A stretch of DNA of 32,000 bases from Candidatus Babelota bacterium (GCA_039809905.1 JBDHVY010000001.1:600001-632000); one strand, 5' to 3'; shown: positions 16,409-26,786, counted from the first letter of the stretch. Made by a program: numbers and translations. Notes: a model not told the origin generated them from the sequence alone.

Positions 16409-18993
16409 ACTTGTACCTCCTTATCAGGCAAAAATTGAGCAAGAGATAATTGTGTCCGTTTCTTATTATGCATAGTTTCTATAAGATTCTGATGAGCTGT
16501 GCTCACTATTTTTTCTGGTACATCAACAGCAGGTTCATTTGGCGCAATGCTTTCTTCTTGTTGAATTATCACAGCTTGTTCTTTTTTTGCTTGCCGTTCA
16601 AAAATAAGGCCTTCAACTGATTTTTTAGCTCTGTCAGCTTTATCCTGGAAGAAGAGACGATGAATAGGATCACGATTGACGGCTGTAGTATCCATATAAT
16701 TAATCGTAGCTTGATAATCCTCAATGTGTTCACGCGTGAATGATTTCATATCTTCTCCCGCATTTGATTCAATAATGCGTGTAGAAATAAGTACCAAAAG
16801 ACTTTGTTTAATATTTATTTTACGTTTGTTTTTAAAAAACCAACCAATAATAGGAATGTCTCCTAATACAGGAACTTTTGTTTCTATATTTTGTATATTG
16901 TTTCTAATTAAACCACCAAGAGCAAGAACTTCTTTGTTCGCCACAATGGCATGAGTAACAATTTCTCTGGTGTTTTGTGTTGCACTGGTCGGATCGTTTG
17001 GATCAGCAAATTCATTAATCAGAATGCGAATGGTTAGGCCAATCATGCCATCAGAATTAATTTGTGGTGTGATAGTAACTTCAAGCAATGCGTTATCTGC
17101 ATCAAAAGCATTTACGGTGTTTGATGTGCTTGCGCTGCTTGATGCTCCGGTAATAACTTCTTCTGATACGATACGGCGTTGTTCACCAATAGAAACGGTT
17201 GCTTTGGAATTATTGGTTGCAAGTATAAACGGATTTGCTACCACTTCTGTATCAGTAATTGATTGAAGTGCTTGAAAAGCTCCCCATACGCCAAATGCAT
17301 CTCTGCCAAGAGTTAAGAACGATGTTCCTGGTACTGATCCTTGCACAAGATTAATGAGATTACCAAGAAGCCGTTGCGCTCCTGTTGTTGCATCAGGATT
17401 AGTTACGATAGTTGAAGTACCATACATTCCTGATGTTTGGAATTTAATATTATTGCCAAGAATACCATTCGGACCAGGTTCTTTAGTTCGTATTTGTGCA
17501 CCAAGACTTTTTGTATCAGTAAGGTCTACTGATGCAATAAGAACTTCAATAGCTGCTTGTGGTTGTTTTGCATCAAGCTGTCTAATAATTTTTTCTGCTT
17601 TTAGATAGTCATCATAATGGCCTTTAATAATGATGCGATTAGTTTCTGGTTCGGCAATAAATACCATTGGCCTCATGTATTGATCAGTACCACGTACACC
17701 ACCAAATTCTCGTTCTTTTGTTCCCGCACCAAATGACGTAACATCTGTCATAAGTTGAGCAATGGTTTTAGCATCAGCATATTTCAGTTGATATGTGTAA
17801 AGTGGTGAATAGGCTTGATCAAGTTCAATATCAACATATTTTACGATAAAATCTTCAATTTTTTTAATTGCGTTTTTTGGTCCGAGTAAGATGAGCGTAT
17901 TTGTTCGCGGATCAGAAATAATGCGTGTATTTTCTGGAAAGAAAAGAGAAGTCGGTTGTTTTTTAGTGAAAAAACGTGATGATGTATCTTCTTTAGGCAG
18001 CAATTCTTGATACAAATTTTTTACGGTATCTGCATCAGCATTGCGGAGTTTAAGCACAGACATAGATTCTGGAATACTGACTTTATCAAGTTCTTTAACG
18101 ATAGCCATCAACATTTTGATATTGTAGGCTTTATCAGTCAGTATAAATCCTTTGTGTTCTCTGAGTGCAATAAGACCTTGTGAACTACTGCTTCGCAGAG
18201 GCCCGACGATTTCCATAATAGTATCAACTGATGCATTTTCTAAGAAATAAACATAGCGAATTAATTCATCGTTATCAGGCAATAATTTATAATCGACACC
18301 AATAAACGTTGGCAATGGAGCTTTTCGTGCTGATTCTATTGTGGTAATTCTAAAAATTTTCGGATCTGCTTGAGGGGTGATTGCAAAGCCAGCTATATCA
18401 ATAAATGTGACAAATAAATTCCACGTTTCTTTTTTAGAAAGAGGATTATTTGTTTTGAATGATATTTTATTATTTTTTATTGATTTTTTACCCTGAGGTA
18501 GTGGAGATATTGCATCATCACTTATGAAGGTAATTTCAAAAATATCTTCAATTTGTTTCACAAAGTTTTGAAGATCAGCATTTTCAAAATTAAGTTCTAT
18601 ACTAACTTCTTCATCTTCTTCGTCTTGTATAGCAAGAGGCATTTCAACAGGTTGTGTTGCTTTATCAATGGCAGCAGGTTTTTTAGGATCTACAAAAGGA
18701 TCAGTGTATTGTTGTATTGGTCGCTGATCTAATCCATTGTTCATTTGAGATGTCTCAGCAGATTTCGGTGCCTTATCGTTGGTTGGTTTTTTTGTGGTGA
18801 AAGAAGTGCTTGCCCTGCCTGCGGTTGGAGCTGTAGCTATTGGGCTGGTATAAGCCTCAATATTCATGTGAGTATTAACGCTTTTATTTGCTGCTTTTTT
18901 TTTGCGGTAGCGTTTTCGACTTCCTGTTTCTGTTATGCTCATAACAGTGGCAAGAATAAAAACAAGAGAGAGATGAACTTTATATTTATTCAT
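16405..18993 (-). CDS. gspD: Secretin, type II secretion system protein D-like, first copy
   Basis: YQLKYADAKTIAQLMTDV, NRIIIKGHYDDYLKAEKIIRQLDAKQPQAAIEVLIASVDL, ATVSIGEQRRIVSEE, VLALGGLIRNN..ETKVPVLGDIPIIGWFFKNKRKINIKQSLLVLISTRII. Confidence 0.92.
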   Translation of the reverse strand: MNKYKVHLSLVFILATVMSITETGSRKRYRKKKAANKSVNTHMNIEAYTSPIATAPTAGRASTSFTTKKPTNDKAPKSAETSQMNNGLDQRPIQQYTDPFVDPKKPAAIDKATQPVEMPLAIQDEEDEEVSIELNFENADLQNFVKQIEDIFEITFISDDAISPLPQGKKSIKNNKISFKTNNPLSKKETWNLFVTFIDIAGFAITPQADPKIFRITTIESARKAPLPTFIGVDYKLLPDNDELIRYVYFLENASVDTIMEIVGPLRSSSSQGLIALREHKGFILTDKAYNIKMLMAIVKELDKVSIPESMSVLKLRNADADTVKNLYQELLPKEDTSSRFFTKKQPTSLFFPENTRIISDPRTNTLILLGPKNAIKKIEDFIVKYVDIELDQAYSPLYTYQLKYADAKTIAQLMTDVTSFGAGTKEREFGGVRGTDQYMRPMVFIAEPETNRIIIKGHYDDYLKAEKIIRQLDAKQPQAAIEVLIASVDLTDTKSLGAQIRTKEPGPNGILGNNIKFQTSGMYGTSTIVTNPDATTGAQRLLGNLINLVQGSVPGTSFLTLGRDAFGVWGAFQALQSITDTEVVANPFILATNNSKATVSIGEQRRIVSEEVITGASSSASTSNTVNAFDADNALLEVTITPQINSDGMIGLTIRILINEFADPNDPTSATQNTREIVTHAIVANKEVLALGGLIRNNIQNIETKVPVLGDIPIIGWFFKNKRKINIKQSLLVLISTRIIESNAGEDMKSFTREHIEDYQATINYMDTTAVNRDPIHRLFFQDKADRAKKSVEGLIFERQAKKEQAVIIQQEESIAPNEPAVDVPEKIVSTAHQNLIETMHNKKRTQLSLAQFLPDKEVQV

Positions 18994-19008
18994 ATTTTTT
19001 TACTCAAT

Positions 19009-20115
19009 TCAACTGCTACTGTGGGTTGCCCGAGCACCTTTTTGAAACATTAATTGGTGATCTGCTTTTTTCATTTTATCAACGGTAGGAGCAAAAGCAT
19101 ATTGTTGTTGTTTTATAGTCTCATTTTTTTTGTGTAAAAGAAAAGCTGTTTCCTGTTTTTCAGTATTATTGAGAGACTCTTCTTCCTTTGTAGTAAAGTC
19201 TTCTAAGGTATAAACGAGGGTAATATCTCTATTTTTACGCATTAATTTTATGGTTATTGTGTTGCCAATTTTGAGTGAAGTAATGTTTTTATAGATTGCA
19301 AGCCGCTCTTCTGTTGTTTGTGCCGGAATACCATTTATAGAAAGTATTATATCACCATTTTGCAATCCTATTAAGCCGCCAAATGGAGATTTATTCATAA
19401 GGCCTATACGCAATCCTACACTTTTTCCTTGTTGATATGCTGTTGTTGCATTCAAAAGCTCAATGCACTCAGTCAAACTTTTGACTTGTTCTATAAATGA
19501 TTCAGGATTAATGAGATAAGTACTATTTCCTGTTTTTTTAACAACAGTATCCCATTCATGTGCAATATTATAGACTGGATCAGTTTTTGCATCTTGTTCT
19601 CGTAAATAAAGCACTTCTTGTTGTCCATTTAAACGCAAGAAGATAACTTTATTTTTAAATATTCGTATAAGTTGTGAATCTTGAATAAGATCACCAACTT
19701 TATAGGTACCTTCTTGTGTTGTTTTATTATCTTGAATCATTGCCCTATTTTTTGAATCATTAGAGCTTACAACAATAATACCTTTCAGTGTTATTTGAAG
19801 TGGATCAAGAAATTCTGGTTCGGCAATAGCAGGTATTATTATTTTTTGTTGAGCTGGAGGAGCAGGAAAAGGAATAACTGTTTCAGATTGTTTTACCTGT
19901 GGAATTTCTTTTACATAAGTGCCAAAAAGATCATCTTCATAAATTTTTTTGATATTGATAGCAACTTTTTGTTCTTTGCGTGGAGCAACTTCTTCTGCCT
20001 CAAGATCTTCTGATTTTGGTCGAGAAATTTTAACAGATGACACATAAATAAATGCAAAGATGACAAGGACTAAAGAAAGTAGTCCAAGATTTATAATCCA
20101 AAATGGTTGTTTCAT
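19009..20115 (-). CDS. gspC: GspC-like inner membrane protein with C-terminal PDZ domain
   Basis: N-terminal TM, HR-like domain ITLKGIIVVSSNDSKNRAMIQDNKTTQEGTYKVGDLIQDSQLIRIFKNKVIFLRLNGQQEVLYL, PDZ-like GGLIGLQNGDIILSINGIPAQTTEE; immediately upstream of the secretin gene. Confidence 0.7.
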   Translation of the reverse strand: MKQPFWIINLGLLSLVLVIFAFIYVSSVKISRPKSEDLEAEEVAPRKEQKVAINIKKIYEDDLFGTYVKEIPQVKQSETVIPFPAPPAQQKIIIPAIAEPEFLDPLQITLKGIIVVSSNDSKNRAMIQDNKTTQEGTYKVGDLIQDSQLIRIFKNKVIFLRLNGQQEVLYLREQDAKTDPVYNIAHEWDTVVKKTGNSTYLINPESFIEQVKSLTECIELLNATTAYQQGKSVGLRIGLMNKSPFGGLIGLQNGDIILSINGIPAQTTEERLAIYKNITSLKIGNTITIKLMRKNRDITLVYTLEDFTTKEEESLNNTEKQETAFLLHKKNETIKQQQYAFAPTVDKMKKADHQLMFQKGARATHSSS

Positions 20116-20223
20116 TAGGAATTCCTTGCATTATTTTTTTACTTTTTTCACAATAACGCTCTTAACTTACCCTTGTCAAGTATACAAGCAGATCTGTTTT
20201 TTTAGAAAAGAGTAATAATTTCA

Positions 20224-21270
20224 TTACGGTGTAGGGATTGTGCTCATTATTTTCTTTATGATTGCTTCTGCTGAAACATTATCTGCTTCTGCTTCATATG
20301 TTAAGTGTAAACGATGTTGCAATGCAGGCAAACATATTGCTTTAACATCATCAGGAATCACATAATGCCGTTTTGCCAAAAAAGCATGTGTTTTTGCTGC
20401 ATGATAGAGCGCCAAAGTTGCTCTTGGAGAAACGCCATATTTAATATACGGTGTAAGCTCGTTTAATTTATAATCAGCAGGCTTTCGTGTTGCAAAAATA
20501 ATTGAAACGATATAATTAATTATTTTTTCATCAACGTAAATGCATTGTGCAAGCTTTTGTGATTCTAGTATATCGCTTTGTGTTAAAACTTGGTTGATTG
20601 TATTGGTATTGAGCGAGCGATGCAAAATTTCACGTTCTTCAAAAATAGTAGGATAATCAACGTGTATTTTGAACAAAAAGCGATCAAGTTGTGCTTCTGG
20701 CAAACGATATGTTCCTTCTTGTTCAACAGGATTTTGTGTTGCAAAAACTAAAAATGGAGCGTCAAGTTTATAGGTATGTGATCCAATAGTTACTTGTTGC
20801 TCTTGCATAGCTTCCAAAAGAGCAGCCTGGACTTTTGCCGGAGCACGATTAATTTCATCAGCAAGAATGAGGTTGGCAAAAATAGGTCCTTTTTTTGTTT
20901 CAAAATCTTGAGTTTTTGGATTAAAAATTAAGGTGCCAATCAAATCAGATGGTAGTAAGTCTGGTGTAAATTGTATGCGGTTAAAGGTAAGACCAAGAGC
21001 GGCTGCCACGGCTTTGATCATCGTAGTTTTTGCCACACCCGGAACGCCTTCAAGCAAAATATGGCCTTTACATAAAATTGCATTAACAATTAATTCAATA
21101 ATATGATTTTGACCAACAATTACTTTGCTTATTTCTGTAGGTAAATCGTTAAATCGATTGCTTTCTAGTTTTATTTGATCAATATCAGTCTGTGTCGGCA
21201 TTATATTATTCATCATATGAATATCTTTTTTTAAAAAATAATCCTGGTACTTTATAGTATACGTTAACAT
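20224..21270 (-). CDS. MoxR-family AAA+ ATPase
   Basis: [14 protein letters not shown] (Walker A), [24 protein letters not shown] (Walker B), [45 protein letters not shown]. True start probably an internal Met near 21216. Confidence 0.93.
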   Translation of the reverse strand: MLTYTIKYQDYFLKKDIHMMNNIMPTQTDIDQIKLESNRFNDLPTEISKVIVGQNHIIELIVNAILCKGHILLEGVPGVAKTTMIKAVAAALGLTFNRIQFTPDLLPSDLIGTLIFNPKTQDFETKKGPIFANLILADEINRAPAKVQAALLEAMQEQQVTIGSHTYKLDAPFLVFATQNPVEQEGTYRLPEAQLDRFLFKIHVDYPTIFEEREILHRSLNTNTINQVLTQSDILESQKLAQCIYVDEKIINYIVSIIFATRKPADYKLNELTPYIKYGVSPRATLALYHAAKTHAFLAKRHYVIPDDVKAICLPALQHRLHLTYEAEADNVSAEAIIKKIMSTIPTP

Positions 21271-21300
21271 TATCTTGCAATGAGTTCAATAAGGAGCATT

Positions 21301-21825
21301 ATGATTCTTTCTGGAAATGAAATTAGACGTCGATTAGGTAAAGAGCTTTTTATAGAGCCATTTAATCCATCTCAATTAGGTCCTAATAGCTATAACCTGT
21401 GCTTGCATAATGAATTGGTTGTCTATGATGAACCTCATCTTGATATGAAAAAAGAACATCAAATTCAAACATTAGTTATTCCAGAAGAAGGGATGCTTCT
21501 TGAAGCTGGTAAATTATATCTGGGAAGAACGGTTGAGTATACAAAAACTGATACTCTTGTTCCTATGATTGAAGGGCGTTCATCAATTGGCCGTTTAGGA
21601 TTGTTTATCCATGTAACAGCAGGCTTTGGTGATGTTGGTTTTCGCGGATATTGGACCCTTGAGATCTTCTGTGTTCAACCAGTTCGCATCTATCCTGGTG
21701 TAGAAATATGCCAAATCTTTTATCACACCATTGAGGGTGATTATGCAAAGTATTCGAGCAATAAATATCAAAACAATCGCGGTATCCAGCCGAGCATGCT
21801 CTATAAAGATTTTCAGAAAGAATAG
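21301..21825 (+). CDS. dcd: dCTP deaminase
   Basis: MILSGNEIRRRL, PNSYNLCLHNEL, VPMIEGRSSIGRLGLFIHVTAGFGDVGFRGYWTLEIFCVQPVRIYPGVEICQIFYH. ATG at 21301 preceded by AAGGAG; ORF track starts at 21280. Confidence 0.93.
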   Translation: MILSGNEIRRRLGKELFIEPFNPSQLGPNSYNLCLHNELVVYDEPHLDMKKEHQIQTLVIPEEGMLLEAGKLYLGRTVEYTKTDTLVPMIEGRSSIGRLGLFIHVTAGFGDVGFRGYWTLEIFCVQPVRIYPGVEICQIFYHTIEGDYAKYSSNKYQNNRGIQPSMLYKDFQKE

Positions 21826-21842
21826 CACTTTAAAGGGATGTT

Positions 21843-22715
21843 ATGAAACAATTGATAATACCCGTATTTGCGCTTCTATCTACTATTTTTCAGGCACAAA
21901 GCATGGAAATTTGTGATGAGACAAAAAAATCTGAAAAAGATAGTTTAAATGCAAAAAGTAAATATCCGAATTACAACTCACTTTCAAATAGGAGTAATAA
22001 TTATTCGAAAGCAGAGGATCTGAAAATTTTTTTGAAAATAACTGCACAAGAACTTATCCCTGATGTTCAAAACCGTATTGCAACCAAATTTATACAGCTG
22101 TATTTTTCAAACACTTCTCTGAGTTGCGCCAAGTTAAAACCTCTGGAGTTATTGCATTTTGTATCTAAGGTTCAAAATATTTGTCCAATAAAAATTGGTA
22201 ATAAAATATTTGAATGGAAAGATATAATTGTCTTAACAAAAAAACAACAGGAAAAACTTTTTGTTGTAGGAAATCCTCACTATCTTTATACATGCTTAAC
22301 CGGCTTTGATAATAATGTTATTGAAGCACCAAATGATTGTTGCACAAAAACTGTGTATTGTTTACCCCAATATTGTTGTGGAAAAATGGCTCCCGATATA
22401 AAACTTCTAGAAGATCAGCCAGCGCATATCAAAAAAAATCTTATTGTTCATACTGATGATTATTCGGCTGTATGTTGTCAATGCATTCCTGCTTGTACGG
22501 CTGGATTTTGTTTGTTATATCCTGTGCTTGGTGTTGCTAATGGTTGTGCAATTTCTTTTTGTTCGACAACATTATCATCATGGGTGTGGTGGTTGCCTAT
22601 GGGATTCTGGCCTACTTGTGGGGGGCTTTTTCTTCTAAAGAGATTTTTGCTAAGAGCAAAAAACGGTTCTTGTTGTTCAAACGAACATGATTTACATGAA
22701 AGAAGATTTGAATAA
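21843..22715 (+). CDS. Hypothetical secreted protein with Cys-rich hydrophobic C-terminus (paralogous family member 1)
   Basis: 290 aa; signal peptide; LIPDVQNRIA, CPIKIGNKIFEWKDIIVLTKKQQ, QPAHIKKNLIVHTDDYSAVCCQCIPACTAGFC, shared with ORFs at 27264, 30101 and 30920. Confidence 0.75.
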   Translation: MKQLIIPVFALLSTIFQAQSMEICDETKKSEKDSLNAKSKYPNYNSLSNRSNNYSKAEDLKIFLKITAQELIPDVQNRIATKFIQLYFSNTSLSCAKLKPLELLHFVSKVQNICPIKIGNKIFEWKDIIVLTKKQQEKLFVVGNPHYLYTCLTGFDNNVIEAPNDCCTKTVYCLPQYCCGKMAPDIKLLEDQPAHIKKNLIVHTDDYSAVCCQCIPACTAGFCLLYPVLGVANGCAISFCSTTLSSWVWWLPMGFWPTCGGLFLLKRFLLRAKNGSCCSNEHDLHERRFE

Positions 22716-22787
22716 TAAAAACTAAAAATGATCGTGGTATTCAGCTGAGTATGTTATACAAGGATTCTCAGAAAGAATGGGAAAATA

Positions 22788-23237
22788 ATGCGTAATAATT
22801 TGTATGTGGTACTAGGGCTTTGGATAATTTTTATTGGTAATGAATCTTTAATTGCGATGCATGAATCGATAAAAGTAAAAATAGAAAATTTGAGAATAGC
22901 TCATGTAGCAGAAATACGACAGCATGAAAAAGGGTGTAGTGACTGTCTTGTTGATCAAGCCTGTGGTAGATCAGAAATTGCGCAAAAATTTACAAAACAA
23001 GTTGGTGAGTTGGTATTAAATGCCGGAGATCTAGTGACTGATCAAGAAAAATTAAATCATGCCTACGGAAAGTTGCTTTATCCTCAACGAAAAGAAGTTA
23101 TTAAAAAAATGATTAGTGAAGGTCAACATCCAAACAATATAGTATATCAGCTAAATGAAGAAACTCCTTTGAAGAAAGCAGTTAAATTTGAAGATGAAGA
23201 ATTTATTCGGTTTTTGCGTGAACATGGTGCTGATTAG
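22788..23237 (+). CDS. Small secreted protein ending in a single ankyrin-like repeat
   Basis: 149 aa; signal-like N-terminus; C-terminal ETPLKKAVKFEDEEFIRFLREHGAD matches the ankyrin pattern TPLxxAxxxxxxxxxxxLLxxGAD. Confidence 0.6.
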   Translation: MRNNLYVVLGLWIIFIGNESLIAMHESIKVKIENLRIAHVAEIRQHEKGCSDCLVDQACGRSEIAQKFTKQVGELVLNAGDLVTDQEKLNHAYGKLLYPQRKEVIKKMISEGQHPNNIVYQLNEETPLKKAVKFEDEEFIRFLREHGAD

Positions 23238-23253
23238 ATAAATCTGCTAAGCA

Positions 23254-23277
23254 AGGCCCTTGAAACATCAAGGGCCT
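23254..23277. terminator. Hairpin between convergent genes, possible terminator
   Basis: AGGCCCTTGA aaca TCAAGGGCCT perfect stem; no strong T-run, so function uncertain. Confidence 0.45.
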
Positions 23278-23283
23278 ATTAAC

Positions 23284-25143
23284 TTAGCAGAGGTATTTAG
23301 TAATAATATCTTTGAATGATTGGTTTTCAACAAAAAAGTCTCGTATATATTCATATAATGGCTGAGATATATGATTAAGCACAGAAGTATTTTCTTTTTT
23401 TGCTCTGAATAATTGTATTAATGCATAGAAATCAACAAAATTCATGTTTTTTGACAAATCAACAAGAGGGATATTTTCTGTATCCGTAATCAGTTCTGTT
23501 GTTATTGATTTGTATTTATCAAACGTTGTTATTAAAGATCTTCCGTTGTTTGTCATTCCTACCCCCCTAATAGATGGTTCTGCAAAATCAATGGTGCCGA
23601 CGCAGTTGCCAGTTGTGTGATTATATAATTTAACGCAACTAGAGGCACAGCCATTGTTTGTTGCTATGCAGGCAATCGGCGAATGTGGAATTGAGCATGC
23701 AGCTGCATAGATATTTTCGTCTTCTTTTCCCTCTTGTGTTGCCGTTTTGCTTAAAAAAGCCCCTGAAAGAAGATCAAAAAAGAATGTTGCGTATTGTGTT
23801 GAAATAGCAACAATATTTTGTTGAGGGTAGTTAAAGGTAATAGTTGCTTCAGCAGAACGTTTTGTAGGAATTTTAATTGATTGTAATTCTTTAATATTAT
23901 TTAGATTGCTCGTGTCCCATATCATAAATATGTGACCTTCAAATTTCCGATGTGCAAGGCAACCAATAAGTCTTGTATCATTATAATTAAAGGTTAGTTC
24001 TAATGGCCATGATTGAGAAAGAGCAGATTCTCCACTAGGCAACTTTAAAGTATTGACTACTTTTTTCTTTTGAAGAGAAAATAATTCTACTTCTCCTGGT
24101 TTTCCTGATGCAAGAATTGTTGATGCATTATTAAAACAAGGTGCTGTATTAAAGTTACAAGCTGGAACAATGATTGTATCTGATAAATAGTCATTATCAG
24201 AATCATCCAAACAGGTGAGCATAAATTTGCTGTTTTGCTGTCCTATCATAGCATAAGAGCTAGTAACAAGCCATTTGCCATCAGGGCTCAATGAAGCCCT
24301 ATTAATGAGTGAGCCATGGGTAATAGCTGGAATTTCCAAAGTTCCCTGAATTATACCAAATTCATTATCTTTTTTTTCAACAATAAAGTGATTTGTTTTT
24401 GGAGAAAGAAGTATTAAAGGTAGTTCTTCTTGTTCACTATTTTTTACTAAAACGAGACTCGGTTGTCCATTAAAATTATGTATATTAAGATCTTTAACCT
24501 TAGGCATATCGATAGGGCTGCCTCTTTGAGAAATTTTTCTCAAACAATCGTCTTGATTGTAAGAATACGCTGGTGCTTGTATGATTGATTGATTGGTTAT
24601 ATTATCGATAATCATACAAGATTTAAGATGCACAAAAAGTTGATTGAATTGTTTAGGGCAATATTTTTTAATAATACGGTTTAAGACAACAGGGTGATCG
24701 AGCCATTGAACAGCAAGCTGCGCTGTTAAGCGTAAAGCATGTAATTTTTTTGTACCATCACTCAATTGTGCACCTGCAGCGATAGTGAGTACGCGTTGTT
24801 TATCAGGGGTAAGTTTTTTAAAATATTTTGAAAAAGATTTTGATTGTTGATGACCGATATTTTTATTGAGCGATGTATCAAAAAGAGTTATTTCTTCTGT
24901 TGTAATGTTGGGAATGATAATAGGATTTTTTTTATTCTGAGAATAATAGCATTCACATAATGTGTTTGATTCTTTTTTTACTTTCCATTTTTCAATTGAA
25001 TAGGTTGATCCGTCATCTAGTTGAAGATTTATTTTGTTTTTTGTTGTTGGCGCATCCATGGAAATAAGAGAAGCTGAGTATATTAATAGAAAAATGATAA
25101 CGTAATAATCAATTGACCAAAACTGAGCAAAAGTATAGCGCAT
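23284..25143 (-). CDS. Secreted WD40/beta-propeller-like protein
   Basis: 619 aa; N-terminal hydrophobic signal; degenerate repeats such as INRASLSPDGKWLVTSSY, LTFNYNDTRLIGCLAHRKFEGHIFMIWDTSN, VGMTNNGRSLITTF. Confidence 0.65.
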   Translation of the reverse strand: MRYTFAQFWSIDYYVIIFLLIYSASLISMDAPTTKNKINLQLDDGSTYSIEKWKVKKESNTLCECYYSQNKKNPIIIPNITTEEITLFDTSLNKNIGHQQSKSFSKYFKKLTPDKQRVLTIAAGAQLSDGTKKLHALRLTAQLAVQWLDHPVVLNRIIKKYCPKQFNQLFVHLKSCMIIDNITNQSIIQAPAYSYNQDDCLRKISQRGSPIDMPKVKDLNIHNFNGQPSLVLVKNSEQEELPLILLSPKTNHFIVEKKDNEFGIIQGTLEIPAITHGSLINRASLSPDGKWLVTSSYAMIGQQNSKFMLTCLDDSDNDYLSDTIIVPACNFNTAPCFNNASTILASGKPGEVELFSLQKKKVVNTLKLPSGESALSQSWPLELTFNYNDTRLIGCLAHRKFEGHIFMIWDTSNLNNIKELQSIKIPTKRSAEATITFNYPQQNIVAISTQYATFFFDLLSGAFLSKTATQEGKEDENIYAAACSIPHSPIACIATNNGCASSCVKLYNHTTGNCVGTIDFAEPSIRGVGMTNNGRSLITTFDKYKSITTELITDTENIPLVDLSKNMNFVDFYALIQLFRAKKENTSVLNHISQPLYEYIRDFFVENQSFKDIITKYLC

Positions 25144-25173
25144 GCTTCATCCTGTTTTTTTAGAAAAATAGTT

Positions 25174-25968
25174 CTATGCCTTATCTTTAAAGTGCGGAAT
25201 TTCTTGAGAAATTGGTCCCTTCAAATCACCACGAATAAATTGATGAATGTAAGGATTATCAGATTCCCATATTGTTTGAGCATCACCAAAATATTGAATT
25301 TTGCCTTCGTGAAGCAAAGCAACTTTATCAGCGTACTTAAATGTCTCTACATCATGTGAAATAACGACAGACGTTAATTTGAGTTTTTTTTGCATATCAA
25401 ACATAAGTTCATGAATCACGTGAGACGTGATTGGATCAAGACCTGTGGTTGGCTCATCATATAAAATAATTTCTGGATTGGTGACAAGTGTGCGTGCCAA
25501 TCCTACTCGTTTTCTCATACCACCTGATAATTCAGAAGGGTATTTGTATAAGTTTTCTTCTGATAATTGTACCAGCGCCAATTTTTCTTTAACAATAGGC
25601 AAAATCTCTTTTTCTGATTTGCCTTGTTCAATAAGTGTGATGCCAATATTTTCATAAATATTTAATGAATCAAGAAGTGCCGCAAACTGGAAAACATATC
25701 CAAACTTACTGAAACAATCATCAAGATCTTTGCCTTGCAACTGAGTAATATCCGCTCCATCAATAATAATGCTGCCTGATGTTGGTTGAATAAGACCAAT
25801 AACTTGTTTAAGTAAAACAGATTTACCTTCACCAGACCGACCAATAATGATAGTCATCAGCCCTTCAGGAATATCAAGATTAACTCCACGCGTAACCCAA
25901 TGACCATCAAACTCTTTTTGCAGATCGATGATTTTAATTTTAGTTTTATGTGAAGTTTCTTTTTTCAT
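25174..25968 (-). CDS. mlaF: ABC transporter ATP-binding protein, MlaF-like
   Basis: Walker A IIIGRSGEGKSVLLKQVIGL, signature LSGGMRKRVGLARTL, Walker B EIILYDEPTTGLDP; directly downstream of an MlaE-like permease. Confidence 0.9.
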   Translation of the reverse strand: MKKETSHKTKIKIIDLQKEFDGHWVTRGVNLDIPEGLMTIIIGRSGEGKSVLLKQVIGLIQPTSGSIIIDGADITQLQGKDLDDCFSKFGYVFQFAALLDSLNIYENIGITLIEQGKSEKEILPIVKEKLALVQLSEENLYKYPSELSGGMRKRVGLARTLVTNPEIILYDEPTTGLDPITSHVIHELMFDMQKKLKLTSVVISHDVETFKYADKVALLHEGKIQYFGDAQTIWESDNPYIHQFIRGDLKGPISQEIPHFKDKA

Positions 25969-25979
25969 AATAACTCTTT

Positions 25980-26759
25980 TTACAAGTGCTCAAGTAATTT
26001 GGTCAAGAAATAATTAGAGATCAAAATTAATATTGAACTTGCAACTACCGATTGAGTTGTTGCAGTACCAACACCTCGCGCACCACCATGAGTATACATT
26101 CCTTTATATGTTCCTACCCATGAAAGAATAAGCCCAAAGATTGCAGCTTTTTTCAATCCACCGTAAATATCTGTTAATTCAACATAATTACGTATACTGC
26201 TTTCATAATCTTCTGGACTTAGTTCAAGCACGTAAACACATACAATGTAACCGCCAATGATACCAAAAAACATAGAAAATAAGGTTAAAAAAGGTAAAAT
26301 TATGGTGCTTGCAAGAATACGAGGGACAACAAGATACTGAAAAATATTGATACGCAAGGTCGTCAGCGCATCAACTTGCTCGGTAATAATCATAGTACCA
26401 ATTTCTGCCGTAATAGCTGATCCAGCGCGACCAGTTACCATTAATGCAGTAAGCACAGGTCCCAATTCTCTGATTAATCCTAATGCGACGATTGCACCGA
26501 TAAATTGTTCTCCACCAACGCGTTGAAAGCCAATATAGGTTTGTAATGCAAGAACCATTCCCGTAAATAATCCCGTCAAAACAACAATACTCAAAGATTC
26601 AACACCAATCCGATTCATTTGGAAAAATGTTTTAGAAACTTTGAGTTTTGTGCTGAAAAATGTTTTAACTGCTTCCAGAAAAAAAAGAGTAAAACTACCT
26701 AAAGCTGTACATGTATTAATAACCAAAGCACCCAAAAAAGTAGCAAATTGAATAAACAC
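25980..26759 (-). CDS. mlaE: ABC transporter permease, MlaE-like
   Basis: GVESLSIVVLTGLFTGMVLALQTYIGFQRVGGEQFIGAIVALGLIRELGPVLTALMVTGRAGSAITAEIGTMIITEQVDAL, typical of MlaE permeases. Confidence 0.94.
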   Translation of the reverse strand: MFIQFATFLGALVINTCTALGSFTLFFLEAVKTFFSTKLKVSKTFFQMNRIGVESLSIVVLTGLFTGMVLALQTYIGFQRVGGEQFIGAIVALGLIRELGPVLTALMVTGRAGSAITAEIGTMIITEQVDALTTLRINIFQYLVVPRILASTIILPFLTLFSMFFGIIGGYIVCVYVLELSPEDYESSIRNYVELTDIYGGLKKAAIFGLILSWVGTYKGMYTHGGARGVGTATTQSVVASSILILISNYFLTKLLEHL

Positions 26760-26786
26760 ATTGAACCTCGTGCTTATGCTCTTTTT

